This document shows, piece after piece, positions 9,454-19,348 of a stretch of 24,385 bases of DNA. The stretch's first letter is position 1. Each line of letters begins with the position of its first letter. The stretch is from a virus (taxonomy: Duplodnaviria > Caudoviricetes): the IMG/VR virus record IMGVR_UViG_3300027769_000126, positions 1 through 24,385 of that record, one strand, 5' to 3'. A model generated the notes under the pieces. The model was given only the letters and a program-made list of their open reading frames with translations. It had not been told where the DNA came from and did not search any database. The translations under genes and the position numbers were made by a program.

Positions 9454-10692
9454 TTATTGTATATTTTCTCTTTGTCTCATATCTCTCTCAAATACTTGCT
9501 CTCTACCATAACCAGTTCCATAATCTCTCTCAAAGTAAGCACCACCACCGCCACCTCCACCATATGATGGAGATTCAACCGGAGGATTAAATTTAGGTAT
9601 TGGTTCTGGGTCTGGTTGTGGTTCTAATGGAGTTGGTTCTGGTGCAGGTGGTATTTCCTTTTCCTTTTCTTTTTCCAATTTAACTTCTTTATCAAGCTGT
9701 TTTACTTTAATACGCTCCACTTGTTTAATTTCAGGTGGAGTTGTATCAATATTTATATCAGATGCTGTTCTTTGTAAAACCTGACCAACTATATCCAAAC
9801 TTTCATCCGTACCAACATCATAAGTAGTTCCATATACAACATCAGGCGTAAGTAAATAATAATCAATAGCTTTTATCACTAATTTATAACAAGTATCTTT
9901 TATAGTATTTTTTGATAATTCTAACGTTGGTTTAGTTGCTTTAGGTTTTCCATAATTCAAATCCTTTACATCCGATATTCTATTAGTAAACTCATATATT
10001 GCAGATTGCATAAATTTGTTATGAACATTATTAACAAATATATCAAAACTTTGTATTTTGAATTCGTTTCGCATTTTATTAAACCACTCATCTGAATACT
10101 TTGCTTTTATTGCTGTTGCTATTAATGATGGATTTACTTTTTCAATAAAATTAATTGCATATACAATTGTATCCTCTCTAAATTCACCATCTCTTAAAAA
10201 TATACCATATCTTTCAAATAGTTCACTATTAATAGTCTCTGGTCTTTTTAGAGGAAGTAATCTAACTTCTGTTCTTGATGGGGATATTTCAGATATCCAT
10301 AATTTATCAAATTTAGAATCACTACCAACTCTTTTATTTACAAGAGTTATTTGCGTTTTGAAAATACCATTATTATAGCCTGCCTCTTTTATCAATCTTT
10401 CGATATCGATAAAATATTCGTTTGGAAAATTAAAAGCTTGAAATAGTGTACCATCTGCTATTAAAAAGTAATCTCTAATGTTTTGCGTTGTCAATGGTAC
10501 ATAACGAACCAACCCATATTTTTCTTGTGGTAATTGGTTATCGTTTACATCATAGATTATAAATTCTATCGCATCGGCATCACTTAATCCAAAAAAAGAT
10601 TGCAAATCTCCTCTTTCAAAGATTTCTCTATCTTTTGAATTTATTCGATATCCTTTCGAATCAACTACATCCTTAAAAAATTGTATAGCCAT
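9454..10692 (-). CDS. hypothetical structural protein (412 aa) with Pro/Glu- and Gly-rich C-terminal tail
   Basis: Long ORF in the baseplate operon; ISEISPSRTEVRL motif; tail PPAPEPTPLEPQPDPEP then YGGGGGGG. Confidence 0.6.
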   Translation of the reverse strand: MAIQFFKDVVDSKGYRINSKDREIFERGDLQSFFGLSDADAIEFIIYDVNDNQLPQEKYGLVRYVPLTTQNIRDYFLIADGTLFQAFNFPNEYFIDIERLIKEAGYNNGIFKTQITLVNKRVGSDSKFDKLWISEISPSRTEVRLLPLKRPETINSELFERYGIFLRDGEFREDTIVYAINFIEKVNPSLIATAIKAKYSDEWFNKMRNEFKIQSFDIFVNNVHNKFMQSAIYEFTNRISDVKDLNYGKPKATKPTLELSKNTIKDTCYKLVIKAIDYYLLTPDVVYGTTYDVGTDESLDIVGQVLQRTASDINIDTTPPEIKQVERIKVKQLDKEVKLEKEKEKEIPPAPEPTPLEPQPDPEPIPKFNPPVESPSYGGGGGGGAYFERDYGTGYGREQVFERDMRQRENIQ

Positions 10693-10695
10693 ATT

Positions 10696-11751
10696 TTATA
10701 ATCTATAATTATATACTCTTGTTAAAAACTCTTTTTCTTCTGTAGTTTTGCCTTCCGATGAAACTTTTATTTTCAAAATAGAATCATATGTATTATATCT
10801 ACTAGCAATTGTACCAATCCAAGTTCTCCAACCACCATCCATTTTTGTATTTAATTTAACAGATGGTTTTAATTCAAACTTTTGAGTTTTTCCTTTTGCT
10901 ACGGTTGCTTTTGCCGAAGGTGTCCATTCCCAAACTCCAAGTGCATCTGCTAATTCAACTGTCACATCACTAGCAACCGCATATACTTCTATAAACTTAC
11001 TATGTAATGTTTCAGATATACCACCTGCACCTTTCAAAGTTCCATGGTCATTATCTAATATAATATAATATGTTTTATTATCAATATTATTATTTGATAG
11101 TGGGGCCTTCTCAAATTTTATAGTTGCCAAATCGCCAGTTGAAACAGCTCCAGCTTCTAACTTTGCCTTTTTACCAAATAATTCTTCTCTAAGTAAATCA
11201 TTTTGTTCTTTAAGAGATTGATTTCTTGCAAACAATGATACTCTTTGAATAGCTTCGGAGGTTGCTTTTTGTATAGCGTTTTGTAATTCAACAATAGTTG
11301 TTTGTATTTTAGAAGTTGCTGTTGTAGTTTGATTTTGAGATGCGGCTGCAATTAATGCTTGGTTATCTACTTCCACACGCAAACTTTGAGATACAATTTC
11401 TAACTCTTTAACCTTACCAGTTAAATCTGATATTTCAACATTTAAGTCTTGAATTTCATTTGTTAAATTTATTATAGATTGAGTTGCATCATTGTATATA
11501 GAACGTAATACAGTATCTGGTAGTTCAGGTGCTGTAATTGGTATTAATTCAACTATTTCAGTATCTATTGATTTTAATAATTCAGCATTATCATATTTTG
11601 GCTTAACAAGTTTTGCAGCAGTAACTCCGTCTTTAACATCAAATTCTTCAAATAAGTTGATGCCATATGTACTTTTTGATTTGATTCCTAAAGAACCACT
11701 AATCAAAATTTTACCAATTAGTTCTTCGTTTTGTAAACCTGTTTTTTTCAT
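10696..11751 (-). CDS. hypothetical protein with long central coiled coil and beta-rich C-terminal domain
   Basis: Heptad pattern over about aa 88-198 (IINLTNEIQDLNVEISDLTGKVKELE...LKEQNDLLREEL). Confidence 0.6.
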   Translation of the reverse strand: MKKTGLQNEELIGKILISGSLGIKSKSTYGINLFEEFDVKDGVTAAKLVKPKYDNAELLKSIDTEIVELIPITAPELPDTVLRSIYNDATQSIINLTNEIQDLNVEISDLTGKVKELEIVSQSLRVEVDNQALIAAASQNQTTTATSKIQTTIVELQNAIQKATSEAIQRVSLFARNQSLKEQNDLLREELFGKKAKLEAGAVSTGDLATIKFEKAPLSNNNIDNKTYYIILDNDHGTLKGAGGISETLHSKFIEVYAVASDVTVELADALGVWEWTPSAKATVAKGKTQKFELKPSVKLNTKMDGGWRTWIGTIASRYNTYDSILKIKVSSEGKTTEEKEFLTRVYNYRL

Positions 11752-11754
11752 AAA

Positions 11755-12840
11755 TTAATTTACAACAATAAAAGTGATATCATCATCAAAGTATTGAACA
11801 GAGCCATCTATATCAATCTTAAATTCTATTTTATATACTCTATTAGTTTCCCAATTTCGTAAATCTAACTTTATATAATTACCATCACTATCACAACTAA
11901 CTTTAGAATATTCTCCAAATGGAATTATAATATCATTAGAATTAAAATCTTTAATTTGATAATATGTTGTTTCCGGTAAATATTTTTTTGTTTTATATGA
12001 AAATTGATTTACAAAAGTTTTCAACGGATATAATTCCCTACCAAATACTCTAAGTTTAGGTTGTGTACCTAATTTATATTCTTTCTTAAAGTTAGTAATA
12101 CCAACTTTAATATTTTCATCAACTAATGCTGATAAAGAACCTGTGTTAAATATTTGGTCATCCCATCCAATTCTAATTTTTGGCTGATATATAGTGTGAG
12201 TTTCTTTACTAAACAATTTAACAATACCATAATCTTTGGTATCTGTTTCTTTTATCGTTGGGAACTTTATTATAAATCCATCATTTTTTATAGAACCACT
12301 TACCCAACTTTGAACTATGTTTTTAACATCCATATGGATATCAGCTGTTGTATATGAGAACTCTTGTTGAGCTGTATATGCGGAGTACCAAACTCCACCT
12401 CTACCATCATATGAGCCAGTTGAACCTGGAGCTAAATTAGGTAATATTCCATCGGTGGTAACATCACCAAGCCAAAGCTTTTTACTATCGCCTTCTCTAT
12501 ATCTCCAAGTAACTCCAGCCGTTGATATTTCATCAAATCTAGTACCAATACCCATATCCCAACTACCAGATACCGCATGTGCATATAATGTATATTCTAA
12601 TGGGATTTCTTCGCTTTGAGTTTCTCTCATAACAAGAGTAACTTCATCTAATTTAGCGTTACCATCTACAATTGATTGCGATAAGTAAGATAAATCAAAT
12701 CTTATTAATGCTCTTGAATAATCCCTAACACTACCATAATATACTTTACTAACTTCTAATATCTCGTCTAAACCAGTATTTTGATTTGGTTGTTGTAAAT
12801 ATATTGATGCATCTTTTGATGCTGTTATAAAATTATACAT
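11755..12840 (-). CDS. DNRLRE-like domain structural protein
   Basis: ASKDASIY...PNQNTG...LEV...SRALIRFDLS, DVKNIVQSWVSGSIKNDGFIIK and FSKET...PKIRI match the DNRLRE-type beta-sandwich pattern. Confidence 0.6.
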   Translation of the reverse strand: MYNFITASKDASIYLQQPNQNTGLDEILEVSKVYYGSVRDYSRALIRFDLSYLSQSIVDGNAKLDEVTLVMRETQSEEIPLEYTLYAHAVSGSWDMGIGTRFDEISTAGVTWRYREGDSKKLWLGDVTTDGILPNLAPGSTGSYDGRGGVWYSAYTAQQEFSYTTADIHMDVKNIVQSWVSGSIKNDGFIIKFPTIKETDTKDYGIVKLFSKETHTIYQPKIRIGWDDQIFNTGSLSALVDENIKVGITNFKKEYKLGTQPKLRVFGRELYPLKTFVNQFSYKTKKYLPETTYYQIKDFNSNDIIIPFGEYSKVSCDSDGNYIKLDLRNWETNRVYKIEFKIDIDGSVQYFDDDITFIVVN

Positions 12841-12841
12841 A

Positions 12842-14878
12842 TTATTTTACCCTCCCTCTTATATCCGAATCCGGAAATTTAATTTCAAAAACCGAAGGGT
12901 CTAAAGATGGATATACTATCTTACCTTTAGTTGCCGCTGTTATATTATATGAATTTGGTGCATAATTGCCACCACATTTATTAGTTACTTCTAACATAGG
13001 TACGGATGATACACCCTCTACATTAGATATTAATAATTCTACTTCACTCAAATTAATTGTTTGATTGAATGTCCAATTATCTATTGAAAAATATCTTTTT
13101 AATTCACTTATACAATTAGTTAATACTTCACTTTTATTATAATTTTTATAAGCTGTTATTTCAAAATTCAAACCAATATTTATTACAAACCCATCAATTA
13201 CATTAACACCATCTGTTAAAATCTTATATTCATTCAAATATGTTTTCAAATTTTCTTTAACAGCTCTATTAATAGGTGTAAGATTATTATTTGTATCATA
13301 TCCAAGCAAATATAAGTTTATAGCAAATGGATTATTTTTTTCATTATCATTTGAAGTTTTTCCAACTAAAAAATTTCTTATTTCTTCTTGTACTGTTTGT
13401 TGAGTTGGTTCTTCACTATCAGGTTTATTTACAAATGACATAACCAAATCAGTAAATTCTTGCAAATTATTTGGAGATGCTAATATTGATGATGGTGAAT
13501 TATTATCTAACGTACCATCGGCGGTTGCATATGCTTTAGCAATACCACCATATTTGGATGGAAGTGATAAAACTCTTACTTGATAATCTTTTGCAGTTAC
13601 TGCTCTATTTTGTGAACCAAAGTTTGCTAAAGCGTTTTGTCTTATTTCTTCTATGGTTTCACCACCACGACCACCAGCTGCAGCTGCTTCATTATCAACT
13701 GCTAATGAACTCCTAACAGAATCAAATGCAGATAATTGAGATTGTGTAAATGTACCAGTATCATTATCTAATTCAAATCCTACGATTTTTATTAAAGTTC
13801 CTTTTGGTACATTAGAAGTAACACCACCACCTACTAAATATTTTATTGTAATAGATGTATTTGCAGGAGATGTTCCGTATGTTTTTGTTTTTAAGAAGTT
13901 TGTTGGGTCAAATGATTCTTCCAATCTACTAATAGAATTAGGTAATCCTAATCCAACATTTTTAAGATTTGGAATCAATTGTTCATCGGATGCGGTTGCA
14001 TCTCCAGCACCAAATTGAATTGTAGTTGTACTATCAGAATTAACTTTTGTTACAAATCGTCTTGGAGTCTTTAATGTTTTTAGAATATATGGTACAGTTG
14101 TTTTGAATTGATACAAATCAGGATCGTTAGCTTCTGTGTTTGGGTTATCGATAAAAACCATTTCTTGTGCTAAGTATGGAACTTCGTACCACTTATTATT
14201 ATTAGAATCCCTAACATCAACAATTTGTATAACGTTTGTATCTAACAACTCTATTGTTTGAAATGGAGTATATGTTCCAAATGTATATGTATTTTCAATC
14301 TGAATAGCTGATATTGCTTGTATATATTTTTTAACTAAATAAAATACAGGCTCTCCGGTAATGGAATCAGTTTGATATACCATTATCTCTCTATTTTCAC
14401 TATCAGAAAAATCAACAACATCTGTTGTTCGGAATATTACATCAGGTATATTGGCCTCAACCGTCATTCCCTCTTTTATTCTTAAATAATATTTTTCATC
14501 AGGTTTATTATTAACACCACTTCCTATCGATGGTACTAATTGATATACTGATAACGTTACTACTGCTGGTGCTGTTACTTTTGGTTTGTAACCCAAATAT
14601 TGAGATAATGCTAATACATTTGCAGAATCTTCTGCATAAACCATCATAGATTCTTTTAATGTATCATCTACATAATAAGATAAAACATCACCAATATATG
14701 ATGCCATTTCTATAAACATCATACCAGGTGATGTTTCATTAAAATCACTATATGATTTTGGAAAATATGTTTTTGCAAATTCAATAAGATTATCACGGAA
14801 AGCAACAAAGTCTTTATTAAGATAATTTATATCCTTTCCCTTATTCTTAAAAATTTTATTTGTAGTTTGTATTGCCAT
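12842..14878 (-). CDS. baseplate wedge subunit (T4 gp6 / baseplate J-like)
   Basis: KDFVAFRDNLIEFAK...DFNETSPGMMFIEMASYIGDVLSYY...LGYKP, IQFG, and GGRGGETIEEIRQNA...QNRAVTAKDY. Confidence 0.92.
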   Translation of the reverse strand: MAIQTTNKIFKNKGKDINYLNKDFVAFRDNLIEFAKTYFPKSYSDFNETSPGMMFIEMASYIGDVLSYYVDDTLKESMMVYAEDSANVLALSQYLGYKPKVTAPAVVTLSVYQLVPSIGSGVNNKPDEKYYLRIKEGMTVEANIPDVIFRTTDVVDFSDSENREIMVYQTDSITGEPVFYLVKKYIQAISAIQIENTYTFGTYTPFQTIELLDTNVIQIVDVRDSNNNKWYEVPYLAQEMVFIDNPNTEANDPDLYQFKTTVPYILKTLKTPRRFVTKVNSDSTTTIQFGAGDATASDEQLIPNLKNVGLGLPNSISRLEESFDPTNFLKTKTYGTSPANTSITIKYLVGGGVTSNVPKGTLIKIVGFELDNDTGTFTQSQLSAFDSVRSSLAVDNEAAAAGGRGGETIEEIRQNALANFGSQNRAVTAKDYQVRVLSLPSKYGGIAKAYATADGTLDNNSPSSILASPNNLQEFTDLVMSFVNKPDSEEPTQQTVQEEIRNFLVGKTSNDNEKNNPFAINLYLLGYDTNNNLTPINRAVKENLKTYLNEYKILTDGVNVIDGFVINIGLNFEITAYKNYNKSEVLTNCISELKRYFSIDNWTFNQTINLSEVELLISNVEGVSSVPMLEVTNKCGGNYAPNSYNITAATKGKIVYPSLDPSVFEIKFPDSDIRGRVK

Positions 14879-14890
14879 TTTTATTTAGTA

Positions 14891-15322
14891 TTATCCAGCT
14901 GAAACATTAAAAGTTACTGTATTCAATTCAGATGCTCCTGCTATTGAAAATGTAAGAGATACATTTACAGTATTTGCATCTTTTAGAGAATCGCTTGTAT
15001 CTATATCAATTTGTTCTATATTAACATAAGGTAACCACTTGCCCATAGAACCAATAATAGCTTCTTCTATTTTGGTTTCTATTTCATCCGTTTCAGGTTC
15101 AAATAAAATCTCTTGAAGACCGCTTCCAAAATCCGGATGCATAAGCCGTTCACCTCTTTTAGTAAGTAACAAATTTTTTATATTAGAACTAAGTTGTTCT
15201 ATTGTAGTAAACGATTGATTAAAAGCAGTATTAGATATTTGAATTGGTAAAGTTATACCTATTGCATAGTCATTATACGTTTCCGTATCTTTTACCAGTC
15301 TAGTACCTAATATAATTGCCAT
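14891..15322 (-). CDS. baseplate wedge / sheath initiator (T4 gp25 / GPW-like)
   Basis: NIKNLLLTKRGERLMHPDFGSGLQEILFEP...WLPYV; immediately upstream of gp6. Confidence 0.93.
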   Translation of the reverse strand: MAIILGTRLVKDTETYNDYAIGITLPIQISNTAFNQSFTTIEQLSSNIKNLLLTKRGERLMHPDFGSGLQEILFEPETDEIETKIEEAIIGSMGKWLPYVNIEQIDIDTSDSLKDANTVNVSLTFSIAGASELNTVTFNVSAG

Positions 15323-15819
15323 TATTTCTTAAATCTTTTTACAAGTTCTGAATAATCTCTGTTCAATGCTTTATCCAATTCAGGTACTCCGGTATTTACA
15401 CCCAATCCTGTTGGAGATGGTCCTTTCGCTAAATCACCATAACCCATTTTTTCAGCAATTGCAGTTTTACCTACAATAGAACCCATATCACCTTGCCCAA
15501 AACTCATTGTTCTGAATCCTCCATCTCCTTGTGGAATTCCACCACGTGTTTCATTAAGGATTTGGTTAATCATTGGGTTTTTACTGAATTGTTTTTGTGG
15601 TACTACTTTGGTAGATACCGATTCTTCAATAAGCTCATCATCTAACATAGCTTTAGCCATCGATAATCCAGTAGTTTTTGGTTTAGCAGGTTGTTTACCC
15701 TCTGCTAACATTTTTTTCATCTCAGCCTTCACACCTTCATTGATTAAAGCAGGTAATTGCTCTTTAAGTTCCTCTTTAATAAGAATTTGGATGGCTTTTA
15801 ATAATTTGTCCGTATTCAT
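15322..15819 (-). CDS. hypothetical protein (165 aa)
   Basis: Has its own ATATTTATA box; its stop overlaps the gp25 start (TAATG). Confidence 0.75.
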   Translation of the reverse strand: MNTDKLLKAIQILIKEELKEQLPALINEGVKAEMKKMLAEGKQPAKPKTTGLSMAKAMLDDELIEESVSTKVVPQKQFSKNPMINQILNETRGGIPQGDGGFRTMSFGQGDMGSIVGKTAIAEKMGYGDLAKGPSPTGLGVNTGVPELDKALNRDYSELVKRFKK

Positions 15820-15839
15820 ACTTTATTATTTGTTATGTT

Positions 15840-15848
15840 TATAAATAT
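15840..15848 (-). promoter_or_regulatory. ATATTTATW box (putative phage late promoter)
   Basis: ATATTTATA about 21 nt upstream of ATG 15819. Confidence 0.6.
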
Positions 15849-15873
15849 TTGAATTAAGTATTTTTGGGATTTA

Positions 15874-16881
15874 TTAAACTTTGGCTACATAGAATCCCCA
15901 ATATTCCCAGTGCCACATTTCATCAACACCACCACCATCAGCTAATCTTGCTGGATTGTACCATCCATATTTAGGTCCATTATTAGATAACCACCTATAT
16001 AAAGATGATTTTTCTCTACCTGCTTTATTAATAGCTGGGTTTCCACTTCCACCTACTTGCCTATATAGTTCAGAAAAATCAATTGCAATTCCCCAACCAT
16101 GTGGTGAACTACCGGGCTTTGCTATCGTTGAACCAGTTCCTAATGATTGTTGATGTGCTACACTTCTATACGCAGATGTTATTGTCCAAGTAACACCTTC
16201 TGTTTTTGCTTGTTTTTTTAATTTGAAATATTGTATAGCTGCTTCTGGATGTAGTAAGTATTTACCATTGTATCTATAATTCCCTCCATTTTCAATAGCA
16301 GTCATAGCTTCCAATGCAATATATCCATTTGGATACTTACCATTAAATATAGGTGGGGCTGGTACTTTTGTTGCTCCTACATTTCCATATATTTTTGGCG
16401 GAGGTCCTTCTGCTATTGCTTGTGGGACTGTACCGTCTGCACTTTGCTGTCCAAATATTACAGGACTTGGTTTTGGTTTGAATCTTGGTCTTTCAAATGC
16501 ACCAGGATCTGGAGCTGGTACTGGACTCTCTGTATATTCGCTGAATTCAGCAACTACAGTTTGTTCGGATACCGATGCTAAAGTTTGGTCAGCTGTAATA
16601 ATTACATTATTTTCTTTTTCATGTTCCGTTACGGCTTTTCCTTCTACAATTGGTGTATCATCACCTTCTTCTATTTCTTGGTCTTCAGCTGTACCTGTTG
16701 GTTGGGCTGGGTCTACACTATAACCGGTCCAATTTACAACACCTGGCGCAGGAGTACCTAATGGTGGATATAAAGATACTGTATTAACTATACCAACTAC
16801 TGATGCCAAATGTGCATTTGCATAATTGATAAAATCATCAACTATTAAAGATGTATTTTTTGTTGGAGATAATTGTGACAT
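15874..16881 (-). CDS. M15B (VanY-like) Zn peptidase with N-terminal unknown domain and acidic/Pro linker; putative virion-associated lysin
   Basis: ITSAYRSVAHQ, AKPGSSPHGWGIAIDF, WLSNNGPKYGW and EMWHWEY give the full SxHxxGxAxD / ExWH motif set. Confidence 0.88.
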   Translation of the reverse strand: MSQLSPTKNTSLIVDDFINYANAHLASVVGIVNTVSLYPPLGTPAPGVVNWTGYSVDPAQPTGTAEDQEIEEGDDTPIVEGKAVTEHEKENNVIITADQTLASVSEQTVVAEFSEYTESPVPAPDPGAFERPRFKPKPSPVIFGQQSADGTVPQAIAEGPPPKIYGNVGATKVPAPPIFNGKYPNGYIALEAMTAIENGGNYRYNGKYLLHPEAAIQYFKLKKQAKTEGVTWTITSAYRSVAHQQSLGTGSTIAKPGSSPHGWGIAIDFSELYRQVGGSGNPAINKAGREKSSLYRWLSNNGPKYGWYNPARLADGGGVDEMWHWEYWGFYVAKV

Positions 16882-16887
16882 ATTTTT

Positions 16888-18102
16888 TTATTTTTGAAGT
16901 AATTTTTCATCAGGCAAAACATATCCACTAACTCTACTTGGATTTACTTGTTTCTTAAAGCAACCACATCCATTTCTATTAAATCCCCCTCCGCCTGTAT
17001 TTCCTTCGATAGTAATTATTTTGCCATCTACAACCGCAGCAACAATACCTATATGATGTTCAGGAGTTCCATATAATACAGCAGCTCCAACCGCTGGTAC
17101 TTTTGAGTACACTCCATTTTTCTTAGCCCAAGCAGCCCAATTAGTACATCCCGCTGATCCTGGTGGAGTTTTTAATCCTGCGGATTTCCACCAAGCCGTA
17201 ACCGCACCAGCACACCAATAGTATCCCTCTCCGCTTGCTTGAACTTTAGCCGGATTATCCAAACCTGCTAATTTCATCATAGCATCGATTCTACCATATT
17301 GACCCGGTGGTAATTCTCCATTAACACCATTAACCTTACCACCACCATAATTTTTACCAGCACCATTATTAGCTTTAGTACCAGTTTCCATTATACCAAT
17401 ATCCAATGTTGCAGCCTGTACAATTCTTTGACCAATTGGACCGGATGTAAAACTTGGATTTGTATCAGTAAATTCAGAATCACTAGCATAAATTATTTTC
17501 TTTTCTACAAATCTTGGTTTTGGAGGGTCTGCTGGCGGAATTGGGGTTGATGTATATTCTGAAAATTCAATTTCCGTAGCTAATAACGAACTATATTCTG
17601 CAGCTGTAGAATCTCCTGCAGCTGCAGCTTCATCAGCTACAACTTTTTCAGCTTGTTTAACTGCTATATCTTCAGCAGTCATTTTGAAATCAGGTTCAAC
17701 GGTAGGTGGTGATGGTATAAAAGGACTCCAAATACCAGGATTTATTACAACATTACTTGTTACTGATATATTTTGTGTAGAACCTACTGCTGGTATTTTT
17801 GGTATTGGATATTGATTTAATTGCGCTCCAGTCCAATATGCAATTACACCCGGACCCATAGCTCCAACTAAATCATATGGAGATGTTGATGATAATCCTT
17901 GTTGTAATGCTGATTTGAAAACTTCTCTCATAGCATCAACATTACCTTGTCTTAGACTTACACCATTAACAGTATCAGTTCCCCTCTTTATTGCCGCATC
18001 GTATTCAGTTGCATATAAGTCTGCAATAGTATCTATATCAGGTATACCATCTGGGTTATTTGCTACCCTTAAAATATTATCCTTAAAAGTTTGCCAAGAC
18101 AT
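16888..18102 (-). CDS. CHAP-domain peptidoglycan hydrolase with N-terminal unknown domain; putative virion-associated lysin
   Basis: YWCAGAVTAWW (Cys), PAVGAAVLY, HHIGIV (His), ITIEGNT. Confidence 0.85.
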   Translation of the reverse strand: MSWQTFKDNILRVANNPDGIPDIDTIADLYATEYDAAIKRGTDTVNGVSLRQGNVDAMREVFKSALQQGLSSTSPYDLVGAMGPGVIAYWTGAQLNQYPIPKIPAVGSTQNISVTSNVVINPGIWSPFIPSPPTVEPDFKMTAEDIAVKQAEKVVADEAAAAGDSTAAEYSSLLATEIEFSEYTSTPIPPADPPKPRFVEKKIIYASDSEFTDTNPSFTSGPIGQRIVQAATLDIGIMETGTKANNGAGKNYGGGKVNGVNGELPPGQYGRIDAMMKLAGLDNPAKVQASGEGYYWCAGAVTAWWKSAGLKTPPGSAGCTNWAAWAKKNGVYSKVPAVGAAVLYGTPEHHIGIVAAVVDGKIITIEGNTGGGGFNRNGCGCFKKQVNPSRVSGYVLPDEKLLQK

Positions 18103-19346
18103 TATGCTGTTGTATTTAATTCACTCAATATAGTTTTTAACTTAGATTTAATAGAATTAAAAGCTGGAACATTTTCCGGTCCTACTTTGGATGGACCTGA
18201 TGGTGTTAGGTAATTCTGCTTTACAATTTCATCTATTAATTCTGTAAGTAAATCTACTAATTTATTACCCTTAACAATTGGCTCTAATTCTTTATTTCCT
18301 AAATTAATTTTTCCATTACCTGTATTTAGGTTTATATTTCTATCATTAGTTGCTACGTTTGTATCAGCTCCTACATTAACTTCAATACCCAATCTATTAT
18401 CAATTGATAGAGCCCCATCGGAAATAAATCCATAATTCTTTTTTGAATAAAATATCATTTCCGCATTTCTAGCTGAAAGTATTAATCTACCAGAACTAAA
18501 TAATAATTGGTCTCCTATTAATTTAGATGGATACTCTTTGAATGCCGTTGGCTTTGTTTGAAAATCCGAAGCGTTTTTTTCATCCAATGTACCAGGAACA
18601 AATCCAAGTTGATATTCATTTGAAATTAATGCAATAGTACTACCATCTTTATTAACATCTTCTTCTGTTACGGAGTTTATTTCATTTTTTTTAGATACTG
18701 CATTTTCTCCGTTTCTTATAAAAATAGTTGGTGCAAATACTTTTTTATCATTATTATATGCAGAAAATCGTATTGATTGGCCAAATCTACTTTCAATAAC
18801 TTCATCACCTTCATATAATTTTAATTTATGAATACCTTGTTGTTGTGTAAAATAACTTCCATATCCATCATATTTAGTTGAATTATCTTTGGTAGTTTTA
18901 GCCATACCAGTATTTTCAACTCTTGCATAACTATCTTTTTTATCTTCGGATGTTTGTTGAGTATTTGGTGAAAAATTATTCTTAATATATTCTCTATCCG
19001 CATTTATATTAGGTCCAAGTTCCGTTCCAATCCTTTGATAAAATAATTGACCAGATTGGCCTACTATAATTTCAACAACTTCATTTCTTACAGGTAATTT
19101 TTTGAAATTTTTATCATACGGATGTGCAATTGGTAAAGTTTCTTCATCCGTTGTACGTCCTTTTGATGTGTATCTAAATTCAATAGCACCTATATACTCT
19201 GTAGTTATATTTTTATCGCTTTTTATTAATGGATGTTCCATATCCAATATTACAGAATATACAACACCAAGACTTGATTGCGAGCCGGCTACTTTTCCTA
19301 TTTGAGATGATACTCCGGTAGATGTGGTTGAATTTTGAATTGGCAT
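18102..19346 (-). CDS. putative baseplate central spike (gp5/gpV-like)
   Basis: N-terminal OB-fold-like AHP...LPVRNEVVEI; beta-strand repeats near the C-terminus; terminal INLG...EPIVKGNKLVDLL...TPSGPS typical of myophage spikes; upstream of gp25 and gp6. Confidence 0.6.
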   Translation of the reverse strand: MPIQNSTTSTGVSSQIGKVAGSQSSLGVVYSVILDMEHPLIKSDKNITTEYIGAIEFRYTSKGRTTDEETLPIAHPYDKNFKKLPVRNEVVEIIVGQSGQLFYQRIGTELGPNINADREYIKNNFSPNTQQTSEDKKDSYARVENTGMAKTTKDNSTKYDGYGSYFTQQQGIHKLKLYEGDEVIESRFGQSIRFSAYNNDKKVFAPTIFIRNGENAVSKKNEINSVTEEDVNKDGSTIALISNEYQLGFVPGTLDEKNASDFQTKPTAFKEYPSKLIGDQLLFSSGRLILSARNAEMIFYSKKNYGFISDGALSIDNRLGIEVNVGADTNVATNDRNINLNTGNGKINLGNKELEPIVKGNKLVDLLTELIDEIVKQNYLTPSGPSKVGPENVPAFNSIKSKLKTILSELNTTA

Positions 19347-19348
19347 AC

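Noticed and set aside
15874-16881. vanY vancomycin-resistance gene
   Set aside because: The M15B domain is fused to a phage-type N-terminus within a baseplate operon, with no van cluster or membrane anchor.
11755-19346. Bacterial contractile injection system (eCIS/T6SS/tailocin) interpretation of the baseplate genes
   Set aside because: The adjacent phage-type primase, GIY-YIG nuclease and dense single-strand gene packing fit a phage genome better.
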